Shown: positions 38,478 through 49,681, numbered from the stretch's first letter. The stretch is 57,267 bases of DNA from Candidatus Berkelbacteria bacterium (GCA_024654065.1 JANLIQ010000056.1:1-57267), one strand, 5' to 3'. Translations and numbers: made by a program. Notes: a model not told the origin generated them from the letters alone.

Positions 38478-39985
38478 TCCCCAACGCGGACGATACCAGA
38501 TTTAACAGCAAACTTTTTCGTAACGTTGAAAACAGTAAAGGGCTTATTAAACATCATTCGTGTCTGCGAGTCGATGGCAGGTATTGCCGAGAATAATATG
38601 CCGGAAATCGGTAACATCAGCGGCGCAAAAATCCATTCCTTTACTAAGGTTAGGATATAAATGGCCCGGCTCCCTGGTCGCGGCGGAACAATCATCGACG
38701 CAATTGCCATGGTTGATATCATACCGATCCAAGCAGCAAGTAAGAACGCTCGGTAAACAATTGGAAAATTGTATCCCAAGACTGAGTTCTGGAATTCAAC
38801 ATCAAGCACTCCTGGCAACCAACCGATTAGCAAAATAAATGATTGGGTGGCTAAGCTCCAATGAGATTCAAATAACCTACCGAACTGAAGCCATTTGTAG
38901 AAAAATGGAATGGAGCCATTTCTAAAGGAACGAGAAAAAACATACGGTACGTCAGATACCCCCCAAAACCAACGACGACGCTGAAGGTACTGCTCACGAA
39001 AAGTATTGTAAAGATTTTCTCCTTGGACAGCGTCCATATATACAGGTACAAAGATCGGCACGATATGATGGTTGCCATTAAATTTAAAGTACGACCGCCA
39101 GTACTGGTGACCGTCCTCAACGATTGTTTCCACCGACCAAAAATCTGTTTCGACCAAAGCCTTTAAGCTTTGGGAGTGGGCAGAAAAATTTCGGGCATGA
39201 TGTGGTCTCATTGCTTGGATCATCTGCCAGAAACTAGACCCCATCGCCGTCATCTTTACGGCCAGAGGAACTTGCCAGACGTTATTGAAGAACATTGGCA
39301 GGGGCTGGAAACTCTTGTGGTGCGGATCAGGTTCGTTCAAAAATGCCCAAGAAACATTACCAAAATAGTTTTCGTCAACTCTGTTATCGGCATCTAGCGT
39401 AGTTACTACGACATCATCACGGTCAATTTTTCTATTGTCTATGTACTCTAAGGCTCTCCTAGCTGCCCAAGTGATGTTTGGCCCCTTACCTCGGACCTCG
39501 CCTGGGATATCGCTAGGATGGAAAGTTGTAAGTATACCTCCAAATGAATGTTCGAATTCGTGCAAAATTGTTTTAGCATAACCTGGGGCTAATTCCTTCT
39601 CTCTTTCCTCAAAGGCCACAACCACGATCAACTTTTCACAGGGATAGTTACTATTTTTTATTGCTCCCAGAGTATGTCGTAAAATCGAGATATCTTCCTT
39701 ATAGGTAGGGACAAACGCTAAGTGGTAGATTTTTTCCCATCTATCAGGAAAGTCTGACTTCAAACGTACCTGCCAATCCATTTTCTGTTCGCGACGGTAA
39801 CGAAAGAAACCTGCTATTAGATAGCTGGTCATAATAATAATTCGCACCACCCAGTAGACAGCATAGAGCAAGACAAAAGTCGCAACGAAATGTGGAGAAA
39901 TTCGCACCAGTAGTAGTAAGCCAACGATTGTTACCCAAGTTGTTAGGCCAGGGATAATCTCCCACACCCTTCTGCTCAAACTCAT
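38474..39985 (-). CDS. Membrane glycosyltransferase family 2
   Basis: VPTYKE, GKGPN, TTLDAD, IVEDG, QRRRW; multiple TMs. Confidence 0.9.
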   Translation of the reverse strand: MSLSRRVWEIIPGLTTWVTIVGLLLLVRISPHFVATFVLLYAVYWVVRIIIMTSYLIAGFFRYRREQKMDWQVRLKSDFPDRWEKIYHLAFVPTYKEDISILRHTLGAIKNSNYPCEKLIVVVAFEEREKELAPGYAKTILHEFEHSFGGILTTFHPSDIPGEVRGKGPNITWAARRALEYIDNRKIDRDDVVVTTLDADNRVDENYFGNVSWAFLNEPDPHHKSFQPLPMFFNNVWQVPLAVKMTAMGSSFWQMIQAMRPHHARNFSAHSQSLKALVETDFWSVETIVEDGHQYWRSYFKFNGNHHIVPIFVPVYMDAVQGENLYNTFREQYLQRRRWFWGVSDVPYVFSRSFRNGSIPFFYKWLQFGRLFESHWSLATQSFILLIGWLPGVLDVEFQNSVLGYNFPIVYRAFLLAAWIGMISTMAIASMIVPPRPGSRAIYILTLVKEWIFAPLMLPISGILFSAIPAIDSQTRMMFNKPFTVFNVTKKFAVKSGIVRVGD

Positions 39986-39986
39986 G

Positions 39987-40295
39987 CTAAATTTGAGGTC
40001 CCGTAGCTAGGCTAATCAGGTAGAATATAGTCACAATTACCTCCATAGTAACTAGAAAGATTAAGGACAACACTCCCATCTTAGCGCTAATGCGATCGGT
40101 AAAAAAGAAAAGTAAGCTATCTACGGCGTAAAGAATAACTAACTGTTTGAAGACAGTCCACTCATTAGGCTCGACTACCCTAGCCAATAAAAAGACGACT
40201 ACTAAGCCAACTGTAATAAAGAGCCACCAAAATCTAAGTTTACTAGCTGGATCATACCTTATAGTGTGGAAGTATTCAGAGAATCTTTTCATCAA
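39987..40295 (-). CDS. Small membrane protein
   Basis: Three TM segments; within an operon. Confidence 0.65.
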   Translation of the reverse strand: MMKRFSEYFHTIRYDPASKLRFWWLFITVGLVVVFLLARVVEPNEWTVFKQLVILYAVDSLLFFFTDRISAKMGVLSLIFLVTMEVIVTIFYLISLATGPQI

Positions 40296-41202
40296 GTGAA
40301 GACATGATACTCTCTAAGGGGATTTTCGCTAGACCAATAACCTTGTCTGCACCTCCGTAATAAAGACGGATCTTGCCGTGAGCTACCAAAGCACCGGTTG
40401 GAAAAATAACGTTGTTTATTACGCCACGTCTTTCCCAGTCAAAATGCGGAGACATAATAGGATATTTAGTTCTTTTTAAAATCACTGCTGGGTTTTCTTT
40501 AGCCAGCAGAACTGCTCCGAGCGAGTAGGTGTAGTTGGTAGATACGCCGTGATAGAGAAGTAGCCAACCTTCTTCAATTTCTATTGGGGGACAAGCAGCA
40601 CCAATCTTCTTCTCCTCCCAGGATTCTTTTGAGCTCATCATCTCAATATTGCCTTCCCATTTTTTCAGATCCTTCGATCTGGCAATGAAGATACTGGGGT
40701 CAACCCGATGGATCAACCAGTAGAAACCAAGATGACGCGCCGGAATTAATACTGCGTCTTTGCTATCAAGATCTGGGATGATGACCCCTAGTCTCTGGAA
40801 TGATCTCATGTCTCTAGTTTTAAGAGCACTGACCCGAACTCGCCATGGAGTGTGAGCTGGATTGAGCGGCTGGTTTATGGGTTTAGTACCCGCGGGGTAG
40901 ACCGAAGCGGCAGTGTATGTAATAAAAATATCTCGACCAATAACGGTAGCACGGGGATCTTCAACTCCTAGACGCTCATAGGGATTGTTGGGATCACCTT
41001 CGAAAATGGGTTCATCGAAGCGAGTGAAGGTTTCACCATCTTCTGAAATTGCTAAACCAAACCTTGAGATGTGATCAGCACCAACGGCACGGTAGAGTAG
41101 GTGAATTTTTCCACCAATCTCGACCACGGCCGGATTGAGAACGCCTCCCTTCTCCCACCAAATATCCCTGGGCTCAAGTACGACTTGTCGTGGGAATTCC
41201 AT
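40276..41202 (-). CDS. GH130-family glycosidase/mannoside phosphorylase
   Basis: VLNPAV, LLYRA, GVEDPRAT, KDAVL, WLLLYHGV, NVIFPTG, YYGGAD. Confidence 0.88.
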   Translation of the reverse strand: MEFPRQVVLEPRDIWWEKGGVLNPAVVEIGGKIHLLYRAVGADHISRFGLAISEDGETFTRFDEPIFEGDPNNPYERLGVEDPRATVIGRDIFITYTAASVYPAGTKPINQPLNPAHTPWRVRVSALKTRDMRSFQRLGVIIPDLDSKDAVLIPARHLGFYWLIHRVDPSIFIARSKDLKKWEGNIEMMSSKESWEEKKIGAACPPIEIEEGWLLLYHGVSTNYTYSLGAVLLAKENPAVILKRTKYPIMSPHFDWERRGVINNVIFPTGALVAHGKIRLYYGGADKVIGLAKIPLESIMSSLDEKIL

Positions 41203-41264
41203 GAGCTAAATATACCTGAAATACACCCTCTTGCCACTCGGGTTAAAAGCACTATCATGAAGTC

Positions 41265-42401
41265 ATGAAGGTGGCCTTACGACTGCTTGCGATAGGACTG
41301 TTGATTGCGGCCTTTGTTTTGCCAGTTCGAGCAGCAGACTTCCGCTCCAGTGAGCAACCTGTTTCCATAAGTCAAACCGAGAAGCCTCACGACCTCCATT
41401 TAGCTGGTCGAAATATCATTGTTGACGCTAATACTACCGGTGACTTGGTGCTTGCTGGTGAAACTATTCTTTCAAACGGTGAAGTTGAAAACAGTCTGTT
41501 TATAGCCGGAGGTACCGTTACTGTTCGCAGCCACGTTTTGCACCACGTCCGGATCGCTGGTGGTACCGTCACACTTTCAGGCAAAGTTGACGGAGATGTT
41601 TTTATCGCCGGGGGTGACGTTACTTTTGCTGATACGGTCGAGATTGGTGGCGGAGTATATGTTGCCAGCGGAACTCTTAAGGTTGCAGGAAAGGTAAACG
41701 GTGAGTTGCGCGTTGGTAGCGGAACTATTGTCATTGACGGAATTGTGGGCTCGGCTAATCTTTACGGAGAAGATATTAGTCTAACAAGCAAGGTCAGAGT
41801 GAACGGCAATTTTGATTACCATTCTTCAAAGACAGCCGATATTGATCCTGCTGCTGTCATAACCGGAAAAACCACTTACACCAAATACACTGGGTCTCAA
41901 TTTGATAAATACGGAATTATTTTCGGTAGCTTCTTAACTCTTGGATACTTACTACGAATTATTGGAGCTATCCTTCTGGGCTGGCTCTTGATCAGCTTAT
42001 GGCCACGGACTTCGCGCAAGGTAATTGATTTTGCTTTTGGTTCACCGCTACCTTCAATCGGTTACGGCTTACTAACTTTAATAGGAGTATTGTTTACGGT
42101 GATGATTCTGTTTCTCACAATAGTTGGTACGAGTGTGGCTAGTCTGGTGTTTGCTTTATGGCTAGTAGCTCTCATGGTTGGTTCAATATTTGGCAAAATT
42201 CTTCTTGGAAGCTGGCTGTATCGTATGTTCAAACGGGAAGCAGGTTACCAGATAACAATTGGTACAGTGTCACTAGGCGTAATCGCTGGCTCAATACTAA
42301 TATTCCTACCAGTTATTGGGCCGTTTGTTGTCTTTGTACTCTTCCTGCTTGGCGTTGGTTCTGTTTTCAACCTAATTGTCCGCTCCAAGGAAGCTGCCTA
42401 A
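41265..42401 (+). CDS. Bactofilin-like (polymer-forming) beta-helix repeat protein with a C-terminal multi-TM domain
   Basis: Signal peptide; repeated (G)DxxxAGGxVxxxG units; about 4-5 C-terminal TMs. Confidence 0.75.
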   Translation: MKVALRLLAIGLLIAAFVLPVRAADFRSSEQPVSISQTEKPHDLHLAGRNIIVDANTTGDLVLAGETILSNGEVENSLFIAGGTVTVRSHVLHHVRIAGGTVTLSGKVDGDVFIAGGDVTFADTVEIGGGVYVASGTLKVAGKVNGELRVGSGTIVIDGIVGSANLYGEDISLTSKVRVNGNFDYHSSKTADIDPAAVITGKTTYTKYTGSQFDKYGIIFGSFLTLGYLLRIIGAILLGWLLISLWPRTSRKVIDFAFGSPLPSIGYGLLTLIGVLFTVMILFLTIVGTSVASLVFALWLVALMVGSIFGKILLGSWLYRMFKREAGYQITIGTVSLGVIAGSILIFLPVIGPFVVFVLFLLGVGSVFNLIVRSKEAA

Positions 42402-42402
42402 T

Positions 42403-44502
42403 CTAGTCAGGTAGGTAACGACGGAAACGTCGACCACGAAAAGACAGTAACCCAGCCAGCAAGCTAACAATACTCATAGAAATCGTTCGGCTGTCATTAT
42501 TGCCGCCGTTGCTTTGGACGCCAGAGACAATTACTGGAACTTCATCGGGCTTTGATGATCCCGCAACTGTTGAAATTGGTTTTGAGCTGACCACCGGAGT
42601 TGGAGTGGTCGCTTTCTTAGTAACAACAGATTTCTTTGGCGTGGTAGTGCCGGAATTGCTAGTAGTTGGGGCCGTAGTGGCAGAGGCGGCTGGCTGACTA
42701 CGAGATACCAGCTGGTAATCCGTAGATAAGGCCCAAGCTTCGAATGACCCGGAAGCACTGTTCCAGTCGATTACAGCAGGAACAATTAGTTGGTCATCTT
42801 TCTGAAAAACCGTCTTGGCCCCAATGAAATGCAGCTTCAAGCTTCCTAGTGTCAGGTAGTCAGTGTCAGTACCCATAACCATGCCCTTCAACTGGACGCT
42901 CTGGCCTTGATAATTGATGGCCTCGTCAGAACTAACTATCGGTTGAGTCCAGCTCGCCTGGCTACCCAAATCCAAATCCCCGAGCGTGTTTAGTAGCACT
43001 CGTTTAGTTTGGCTACTACTAATCTCGCCGGTGACCACGGCTTTAACTTTCATCTGGGTCGGCAGAAGACCATTGGTCTGACTAAGAAAAATTTGTATAC
43101 CACCTGTTGTGTCTTCGAGGTAGAGAACCTCGTTGTCGACCACTTTTGGTCCGACGGTAATAACCCCTGAAATTTCAACCAAACTACCAGCAGGAAGGGT
43201 GCGGGTTTGGCCAATTGTCGGCGATAAGGTTGGTTTCGTTGGTAAGGTAATGCGATTCCAGTGGATAAAGTCTGTCGTTTTGTACAAATTAACATTACCG
43301 TTACCCGATTGGGTGATAACCGAGATGAAGCTGGTCACTTGGCCGATTTCAACTGCCTGTATAGGCGAGGTCGTAGACGACCAAGGATTAACTTTAGTAA
43401 ATGTAGTCGAGCCTGTTGGGGCAAATTGAGTCAGGGATCCCGTATTCCAAACCAGTACTCCTAATGGCGTTTGACGAGAGGCAGTAAACCCACCGGCACT
43501 TGTGATTAACTGCCACTGACCGGCAATTGATGAAACCTGCGGAGACGCACCGTTAATCATCAGGTTTTTTGAACCGCTAATCGGCATAACCATTCCAGAA
43601 TTGGTGTCGTTTAGCTCGACCAACAGTGGTGTATTAGATTGCCAAATTAGTTCCTTCCAATTACTCTCTGTTTTCTTGAAAAGGATGCGGTTACCGCTAA
43701 CTACTGTTTGATCAATCTCAGTGGCAGCAAGCGTTGGAAGTTGAATGTCAGTCTCAATGCCATCTCTCCAGATATGGAAGAGATGATCATCTGCCTTATC
43801 CCAACCAGCCAATATCTCCTCAGATGAGTAGATATCACGAACATAGGCAATGTTTAATCTGGTCCATTGGTTGCCCGTAGCCCTTCGAATTACAGTCCCA
43901 TCCTGGCAGTACACTCCGATAACCGGAACTTCGATTACGCGAGATTGATTGCAGTTAAAGTGTGATTCAAGTTGCCAACCGCGAAGATTACTAAAGACCG
44001 AAACATTTGAATTCGTTTGTTGGATATATAGCAAATCTCCGTCAGACTCAACGATTCGGGTAAGGTCATTTCTTGAGCCCAATAATGGTGGCGCAATCTT
44101 CTCCATCTGACCCCCGGGCTGATAAACGACTAGACTAACTTCTGCGCTATCTTGCCGATAAACAACTAGATTACTGGCAGTTTGCTTGAGAACGATCTCC
44201 TCTGCTGGAGCAATATCAGCTACCTGGACAAAATTAAGTAAATTACCCTGTCGAAATAGGTGTTTTTCTGTTCCTGCCTCAACGACTAGCCAAATATGAC
44301 CGTCAAAACTAATTGACTGCAATATTTTTGTCTCTGATGGCAAAGCAACCAACTGCCACGGACGACTATCCAATTTCTGTCGATAAACTCCGTTATTGGC
44401 ACTGAAGAAGAGGTCGGTATTTCGATTAAAATCGTGAGCAGAAGTCGAGACGGGCCAAAGGAGTAGGGACAGCAGGGCTAAAAAGAGGCTACTCTTCTTC
44501 AT
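42403..44502 (-). CDS. Large secreted/surface protein (beta-rich, OB-fold-like segments, S/T/P linker, C-terminal anchor)
   Basis: Signal peptide; LVEISGVIT...LYLEDTTGGIQIF; C-terminal hydrophobic stretch plus RGRRFRR. Confidence 0.7.
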   Translation of the reverse strand: MKKSSLFLALLSLLLWPVSTSAHDFNRNTDLFFSANNGVYRQKLDSRPWQLVALPSETKILQSISFDGHIWLVVEAGTEKHLFRQGNLLNFVQVADIAPAEEIVLKQTASNLVVYRQDSAEVSLVVYQPGGQMEKIAPPLLGSRNDLTRIVESDGDLLYIQQTNSNVSVFSNLRGWQLESHFNCNQSRVIEVPVIGVYCQDGTVIRRATGNQWTRLNIAYVRDIYSSEEILAGWDKADDHLFHIWRDGIETDIQLPTLAATEIDQTVVSGNRILFKKTESNWKELIWQSNTPLLVELNDTNSGMVMPISGSKNLMINGASPQVSSIAGQWQLITSAGGFTASRQTPLGVLVWNTGSLTQFAPTGSTTFTKVNPWSSTTSPIQAVEIGQVTSFISVITQSGNGNVNLYKTTDFIHWNRITLPTKPTLSPTIGQTRTLPAGSLVEISGVITVGPKVVDNEVLYLEDTTGGIQIFLSQTNGLLPTQMKVKAVVTGEISSSQTKRVLLNTLGDLDLGSQASWTQPIVSSDEAINYQGQSVQLKGMVMGTDTDYLTLGSLKLHFIGAKTVFQKDDQLIVPAVIDWNSASGSFEAWALSTDYQLVSRSQPAASATTAPTTSNSGTTTPKKSVVTKKATTPTPVVSSKPISTVAGSSKPDEVPVIVSGVQSNGGNNDSRTISMSIVSLLAGLLSFRGRRFRRYLPD

Positions 44503-45085
44503 TAACGAGCTTGCGATGTAGTTCCAGGATTACCCTTGCTATCCGGTTAGGATCGGGGATATCACTAATACTGAAGTAGCCTTGTAAACCGTGCCTCATT
44601 TTATTGTCGGAAGTACCCTCACCAGCCGTTTCTACCGTCAGAGTTCCAAAGTTAAAGTAACTTCGTAGAACACCGTCCATGTTAGCCGAGACATCCTGTA
44701 CTTGGTGCAGGTTTAATTCAGATACTTCCCGCGCCAATAACCCTTTTTGGTTAACATTTAGAATTCTTTCTCCAGTAATAAAAATAACGTCGTAGTAGAA
44801 ATCTAACCAGCTACCGAAAAGGAATGTTAAGAGAAATAAGTAGTAGCCGGACAGACCCATAACTAGAAAACTGTGATACTGCGAAAATTGGTTAACCACT
44901 AAGAGCTTGCCAACGAATATTAGCAATGCCGGGAAAATAAACATTGCTAGAAACAAGCCTATTGTAGCTAAGAATCCGGCCCAATGATGGCGAACCACAA
45001 AGAGAATCTGTTCATCTGTATGTAGATTTAGATACAGAAACGCCTGGTCGTTGGCATCAACTTCTTCGTCTATTAAGTGACTCAT
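44489..45085 (-). CDS. Membrane protein with a bacterial PH domain
   Basis: VRHHW, two TMs, FITGERI, QVQDVS, FNFGTLTVETAG. Confidence 0.8.
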   Translation of the reverse strand: MSHLIDEEVDANDQAFLYLNLHTDEQILFVVRHHWAGFLATIGLFLAMFIFPALLIFVGKLLVVNQFSQYHSFLVMGLSGYYLFLLTFLFGSWLDFYYDVIFITGERILNVNQKGLLAREVSELNLHQVQDVSANMDGVLRSYFNFGTLTVETAGEGTSDNKMRHGLQGYFSISDIPDPNRIARVILELHRKLVNEEE

Positions 45086-45288
45086 AATAATGAGCTGATT
45101 CCTAAGTAAAGAGAGCTAACCACTAGGATGGTCAGGATAAGTGCTAAGTGAATAATTAAGACAGGGATCGAAGCATCTCCCGGTAGACGATACTTGAAGA
45201 CCTGAAAGAAATAAAGAAGGTTAATAATCAAGATCAGCAGTAAGAATCCCGCATAAACCGCCAAAACTATTACGTTGGACAGTGACAT
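45082..45288 (-). CDS. Small two-TM membrane protein
   Basis: 68 aa, hydrophobic; overlaps the next start. Confidence 0.65.
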   Translation of the reverse strand: MSLSNVIVLAVYAGFLLLILIINLLYFFQVFKYRLPGDASIPVLIIHLALILTILVVSSLYLGISSLL

Positions 45289-45314
45289 GACTTAACAGTA
45301 TCGCAAGAGGCGCT

Positions 45315-46484
45315 CTACGGGAAGATGTAGGTGACGTTGCCGTAGAGTGTTGGATTCACCCCCAGTCGCTCACCGTAGCTTCGTGAGACCGACCAGTTGT
45401 ACTCTTCGATATCGATAGTGCCGTTGGCGTTAACGCGATTAACCCAAGCGGCGTGACCATAAGGCCGGTTCGGTCCAGTCGGTATTGAGATGACGGAATT
45501 AGCCCGGGGGGTAGAGCTCGTTTGGAAGCCTTGGTCACGAGCAAGGGCTGGCCAGTTCCAGGCGCTGCCCTGACCGGGACGAGTATTGTAAAACACCAAC
45601 CCAAATTCGGCTTGAAATTTCCAGGCGGCAAAAGAGGTGCACTGACGCTTGTAATACAGCCAAGGATCAACGGCGTAGGCATCAGGTTCATTTGCCCATG
45701 GGTAGCCTCCGGTACCGCCAATTAGCAACTGTCCGTTACCGGATTGTCGACGGGCATCGTAAATAGCTTGGCTGATCGACTCTTGCTCGTTCTGAAGCTG
45801 CTTAAGTAGGGCTTCGTACTGAGCTTGCTGGCCTTGTGTTTGCAGTAAAAGATAATTCTTTTGTGTTCGACGACTATTTAAGGAGTTCTTAGATTTAGTT
45901 AGGTCTTGCTTCAAACTAACTAAACCTGTTTTTTGAGCAACACTTTCATTTTTTTTGCCCTCAAGCTCAGTCTTAGCGGTGTTGGTTTTATCTATATTCC
46001 CTTGAAGCTCGGTTTGAAGAGACTGGATATATTGTGACTGTGAAACCATCTCCGTCAGGGAAGATGAGGCTAATATTGTATCGAGTGGGCTAGCCTGAGA
46101 AAGCTCATAAAGTGAGATGTAAGCGTTACGTAATTTTAGCTGCAACCCATCAAGTTCAGTCTGGGTTTGGTCTATATCAACAGCCAATTCATTAATTACC
46201 TCCTCGGTAACAGCTATCTGAGCTTCAGTATTAGTAATGTTGTCCTGGGTCTCGGCAATATCCTGATCAAGCCCACCAACAATTCCCGTAAGATCGTTAA
46301 CGACCCCCTTGGTTTGTTCGAGTTTCTTTTTGTTCTCATCTGCCTTACGGCGCAAGTCAGCCTGACGCTGGAGAAGTTGGCTCAGGCTTTCGGCATTAGC
46401 CTGAGGAGGGTACAGCAAACCGATCAACCCAACCACGGCGACGAAAATGATCACTATCCTTGCCAGACGTCCTCCGATTATCAT
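45315..46484 (-). CDS. PcsB/CwlO-like coiled-coil + CHAP peptidoglycan hydrolase
   Basis: Long coiled coil; RQCTSFAAWK, GHAAWV, EEYNW; adjacent to ftsEX. Confidence 0.88.
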   Translation of the reverse strand: MIIGGRLARIVIIFVAVVGLIGLLYPPQANAESLSQLLQRQADLRRKADENKKKLEQTKGVVNDLTGIVGGLDQDIAETQDNITNTEAQIAVTEEVINELAVDIDQTQTELDGLQLKLRNAYISLYELSQASPLDTILASSSLTEMVSQSQYIQSLQTELQGNIDKTNTAKTELEGKKNESVAQKTGLVSLKQDLTKSKNSLNSRRTQKNYLLLQTQGQQAQYEALLKQLQNEQESISQAIYDARRQSGNGQLLIGGTGGYPWANEPDAYAVDPWLYYKRQCTSFAAWKFQAEFGLVFYNTRPGQGSAWNWPALARDQGFQTSSTPRANSVISIPTGPNRPYGHAAWVNRVNANGTIDIEEYNWSVSRSYGERLGVNPTLYGNVTYIFP

Positions 46485-46554
46485 GACCTACTTAGTGTAA
46501 CAGAGAAGTCAATGCAAATAATGTCGAACTTGCAAGATTACACCCTATAACCAA

Positions 46555-47469
46555 CTAAGCCTTAAGGAATCTTCTGACAGATATTGAACTGACGATAACA
46601 CCGAGTAGAACGCCTATCGCTAACTGGATACCAATCAGTGTCCAGAGATTTACCAGTATTAATTGGAAGAAATCGACACCAAAACTAGCAAAAACACTGT
46701 TTATAGTCGACGAGACAAGATAGGCAATTAGCAATAGAAAGATTGTTGTGAAAAGCGTTCCTAGAACCCCATAGAGAATTCCTTCGACAATGAATGGGCC
46801 TCGAACAAAGGCATTAGAGGCACCCACATAGCGCATAATCTCGATCTCATCCGATCGGGCATTAATAGTAATCCGGATGATATTCATGACATTGAAGACA
46901 GCTATTATGCCAAAGAATACACTTAGGAAAAGTCCAGCTCGTTGAACAAACTTAGTAATAGATAACAAACGATCAACGGTTTCTTTGTTTTTGGAGTACG
47001 ACACACATTCATTGCAAACAATCTTCTGACTATCCTGGATGGCAATAGTCGTAATTAAGCTCTGGATATTGTCGGGATTAGTCGTTCGGATCTGTAAACT
47101 TCGAGGAAGGGGATTGTAGGATTCCCCAACGGGACGTTTTATATTTTCATTGATTGGTAGGCGATTCCAGATCGAAAGTGCCGCACGTTTATCCGTAAAA
47201 GAAACTTCGGCTACCCCATTCTGCAACTTAATCCGATCTCCCAGCGCGGTAATATCACCGTCTGATACCGCATCATCACGAAAATATATCGTAAGATCTA
47301 TCTTTGAGCGGATTGTAGTTGCTAAATCTCTTACAATTAGACTTAGAACTAAAGATACCGAGATCATTATTAGCGTTAAGGTCATTAAAAGCGTTGCACC
47401 AAGAGTTAACCAGCGATTACGCCAGAAATTGGTATAACCCAACTTCACAATCCTTTGGAAGGTTTCCAT
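46555..47469 (-). CDS. ftsX: Cell division permease FtsX
   Basis: NFWRN, NPLPRSL, NIIRITINARSDEIEIMRYVGA, RGPFIVEG. Confidence 0.93.
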   Translation of the reverse strand: METFQRIVKLGYTNFWRNRWLTLGATLLMTLTLIMISVSLVLSLIVRDLATTIRSKIDLTIYFRDDAVSDGDITALGDRIKLQNGVAEVSFTDKRAALSIWNRLPINENIKRPVGESYNPLPRSLQIRTTNPDNIQSLITTIAIQDSQKIVCNECVSYSKNKETVDRLLSITKFVQRAGLFLSVFFGIIAVFNVMNIIRITINARSDEIEIMRYVGASNAFVRGPFIVEGILYGVLGTLFTTIFLLLIAYLVSSTINSVFASFGVDFFQLILVNLWTLIGIQLAIGVLLGVIVSSISVRRFLKA

Positions 47470-48218
47470 TAGATGACGTACTTTCCAGTTTTTTGATCGC
47501 TAACTAACTTACCGGACTTCATAAGTAAGACTCGTTTTTGAACCCGGTCCACTGCCTGTCGATTATGTGTCGCTAAAATCACGGTCGTTCCTTTTTGATT
47601 AATCCTATAAAGCAAATCTATAATTTCAAAAGTATTAACCGGGTCTAGATTTCCAGTCGGCTCATCTGCAATTAATAGTTTAGGCGCGTGAACTAAGGCT
47701 CGAGCGATAGCAGCTCGTTGACGCTCACCACCAGAGAGCTCGTTTGGATAATTATTTTTACGGCGCCCCAAATTAACTAAATCTAAAACTTTTTCGACCC
47801 TTCTTAAGATATCTGCTCGAGCTACTCCACAAACTTCAAGGGCAAATGCAACGTTCTCGAAAACTGTTTTTTGCGGTAAGAGTTTAAAGTCTTGGAAAAC
47901 GACTCCTATTTTTCGACGGTAGTACGGCAACTCGCTACCACGAAGATCTGCTAAATTACGGCCGGCGACAAAAACCGAGCCAGAGGAGGGGGACTCTTGC
48001 TTTGTAAGAAATTTAATTAAAGTAGTTTTACCAACTCCCGACTGCCCAACTAAACAGACAAACTCCCCCTCATAGATCACCAGCGTCACGTCACTCACTG
48101 CGGCCCGATTACCGTATTTTTTAGTTGCCGCTTTCATCTCAATTAACGGCACCCTTACCTTGGGGTTAGTTATGGGTCTGGTAAGTTTTGGCGAACCAAC
48201 AGTTAGAATCTCTTGCAT
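47469..48218 (-). CDS. ftsE: Cell division ATP-binding protein FtsE
   Basis: [41 protein letters not shown]. Confidence 0.93.
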   Translation of the reverse strand: MQEILTVGSPKLTRPITNPKVRVPLIEMKAATKKYGNRAAVSDVTLVIYEGEFVCLVGQSGVGKTTLIKFLTKQESPSSGSVFVAGRNLADLRGSELPYYRRKIGVVFQDFKLLPQKTVFENVAFALEVCGVARADILRRVEKVLDLVNLGRRKNNYPNELSGGERQRAAIARALVHAPKLLIADEPTGNLDPVNTFEIIDLLYRINQKGTTVILATHNRQAVDRVQKRVLLMKSGKLVSDQKTGKYVI

Positions 48219-48264
48219 TACCTTGAGGATACCAGGGCTGACTGAAAGTAAAAAGACTTCAGAG

Positions 48265-49641
48265 TCACAAGAAGATAGCGTAAATGGTTGCGAGTCCCGT
48301 GATAATCATTAACCCGGTAGCAATCCATCCCAGGACTGTGGTTACAGGATGATTAACCCTCGCGCCCATGATCGCTTTTTTACTACCGATCAAGACAATT
48401 AGAACCATAACAATTGGGGCAACTAAGCCATTCAGAACGGCTGAGTAGATAAGGGCCTTAATAGGGTCCAGCCCCACGAAGTTAAGCAAGACTCCGACGA
48501 TCATCGCAATAATTATTACCCCATAAAACGCATATGCTTCTTTCAAGTTTCGGTACAACCCTTCTTTCCATCCGAACGCTTCCGAAATGGCATAGGAGGC
48601 ACTGCCAGCTAAAACCGGGATACCGAGCAATCCCACACCAAAGATGCCAAGAGCAAACAGCAGGTAGGCCCAATCTCCCGCTAATGGCCTAAGTGCAGCA
48701 GCGGCATCAGCAGCAGTGCCGATGTTGGTAATACCGTTACGGAATAGTGTCGCTCCTGTGACGATAATAATAAAGAACATTACAACGTTAGAGAGCAACA
48801 TTCCCGACCAGTTATCTATACGCATATTACGAATCTCTTTGTCCGTGACAGCCACTCTTAGTTCTTGGTGACGATGACCGTTCCTCTGGATGGATTCTTC
48901 AACCTCCTGGCTAGTTTGCCAGAAAAACAAATACGGCGAGATTGTTGTTCCAAGGATTCCGCAGATCAAAATGATTTGCTCTTGGGTAAAAGTGACTGAT
49001 GGTACAAGAGTGCTCTTAAGAACTGACCACCAATCAATATCTTTTACGAGGAAGGCTGTAACTATATAAGACAGAATTAATAGTGTTAGATATTTTAAGT
49101 ATTTGGCGTAGAGACGATATGAGATAAAAATCTGCATTAGGACGCAGAGTAAGGCAAAGAAAATTACCAAAGCTGAGTAATTGAATTCTGGTTTAATCAG
49201 TTGTGCTGCTTTGGCCAACGCACCTAGATCGGCGCCAATGTTAAAAGTATTAGCTCCGAAGAGTAACCCGGCACATAGGTATAGCACCCAACGTGGAAAA
49301 GTAGATCTGATATTGGCCGCTAATCCCCTTCCTGTGACAAGCCCGATTCGAGCACACATTTCCTGGACCAGGCCCATAAGCGGGAAGGTAAAAGCAGCAA
49401 GCCAAGCAAGCTGGAAACCATACTGGGCACCAGTTTGAGAATATGTTGCAATCCCTGACGGATCATCATCTGCGGCACCGGTAGTTAATCCCGGTCCTAG
49501 TATTTTCCAGAATTTTTTTACCTTTCGGAACGGTTCTTGTTTCCCTATATCTGCCACTGCAATCTCAGCCCCTATAATGGTTTCCTCAACGGCCTTGGCT
49601 GGAAGTTCAGCAATTTCTTCGACAATATTCTTCTTAGCCAT
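48265..49641 (-). CDS. NRAMP-family divalent metal transporter
   Basis: LGPGLTTGAADDDPSGIATYSQTGA, GTTISPYLFFWQ. Confidence 0.9.
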   Translation of the reverse strand: MAKKNIVEEIAELPAKAVEETIIGAEIAVADIGKQEPFRKVKKFWKILGPGLTTGAADDDPSGIATYSQTGAQYGFQLAWLAAFTFPLMGLVQEMCARIGLVTGRGLAANIRSTFPRWVLYLCAGLLFGANTFNIGADLGALAKAAQLIKPEFNYSALVIFFALLCVLMQIFISYRLYAKYLKYLTLLILSYIVTAFLVKDIDWWSVLKSTLVPSVTFTQEQIILICGILGTTISPYLFFWQTSQEVEESIQRNGHRHQELRVAVTDKEIRNMRIDNWSGMLLSNVVMFFIIIVTGATLFRNGITNIGTAADAAAALRPLAGDWAYLLFALGIFGVGLLGIPVLAGSASYAISEAFGWKEGLYRNLKEAYAFYGVIIIAMIVGVLLNFVGLDPIKALIYSAVLNGLVAPIVMVLIVLIGSKKAIMGARVNHPVTTVLGWIATGLMIITGLATIYAIFL

Positions 49642-49681
49642 TAGTTTTCATCATTACAAAAAACACTCCTTGGAAGCAAAC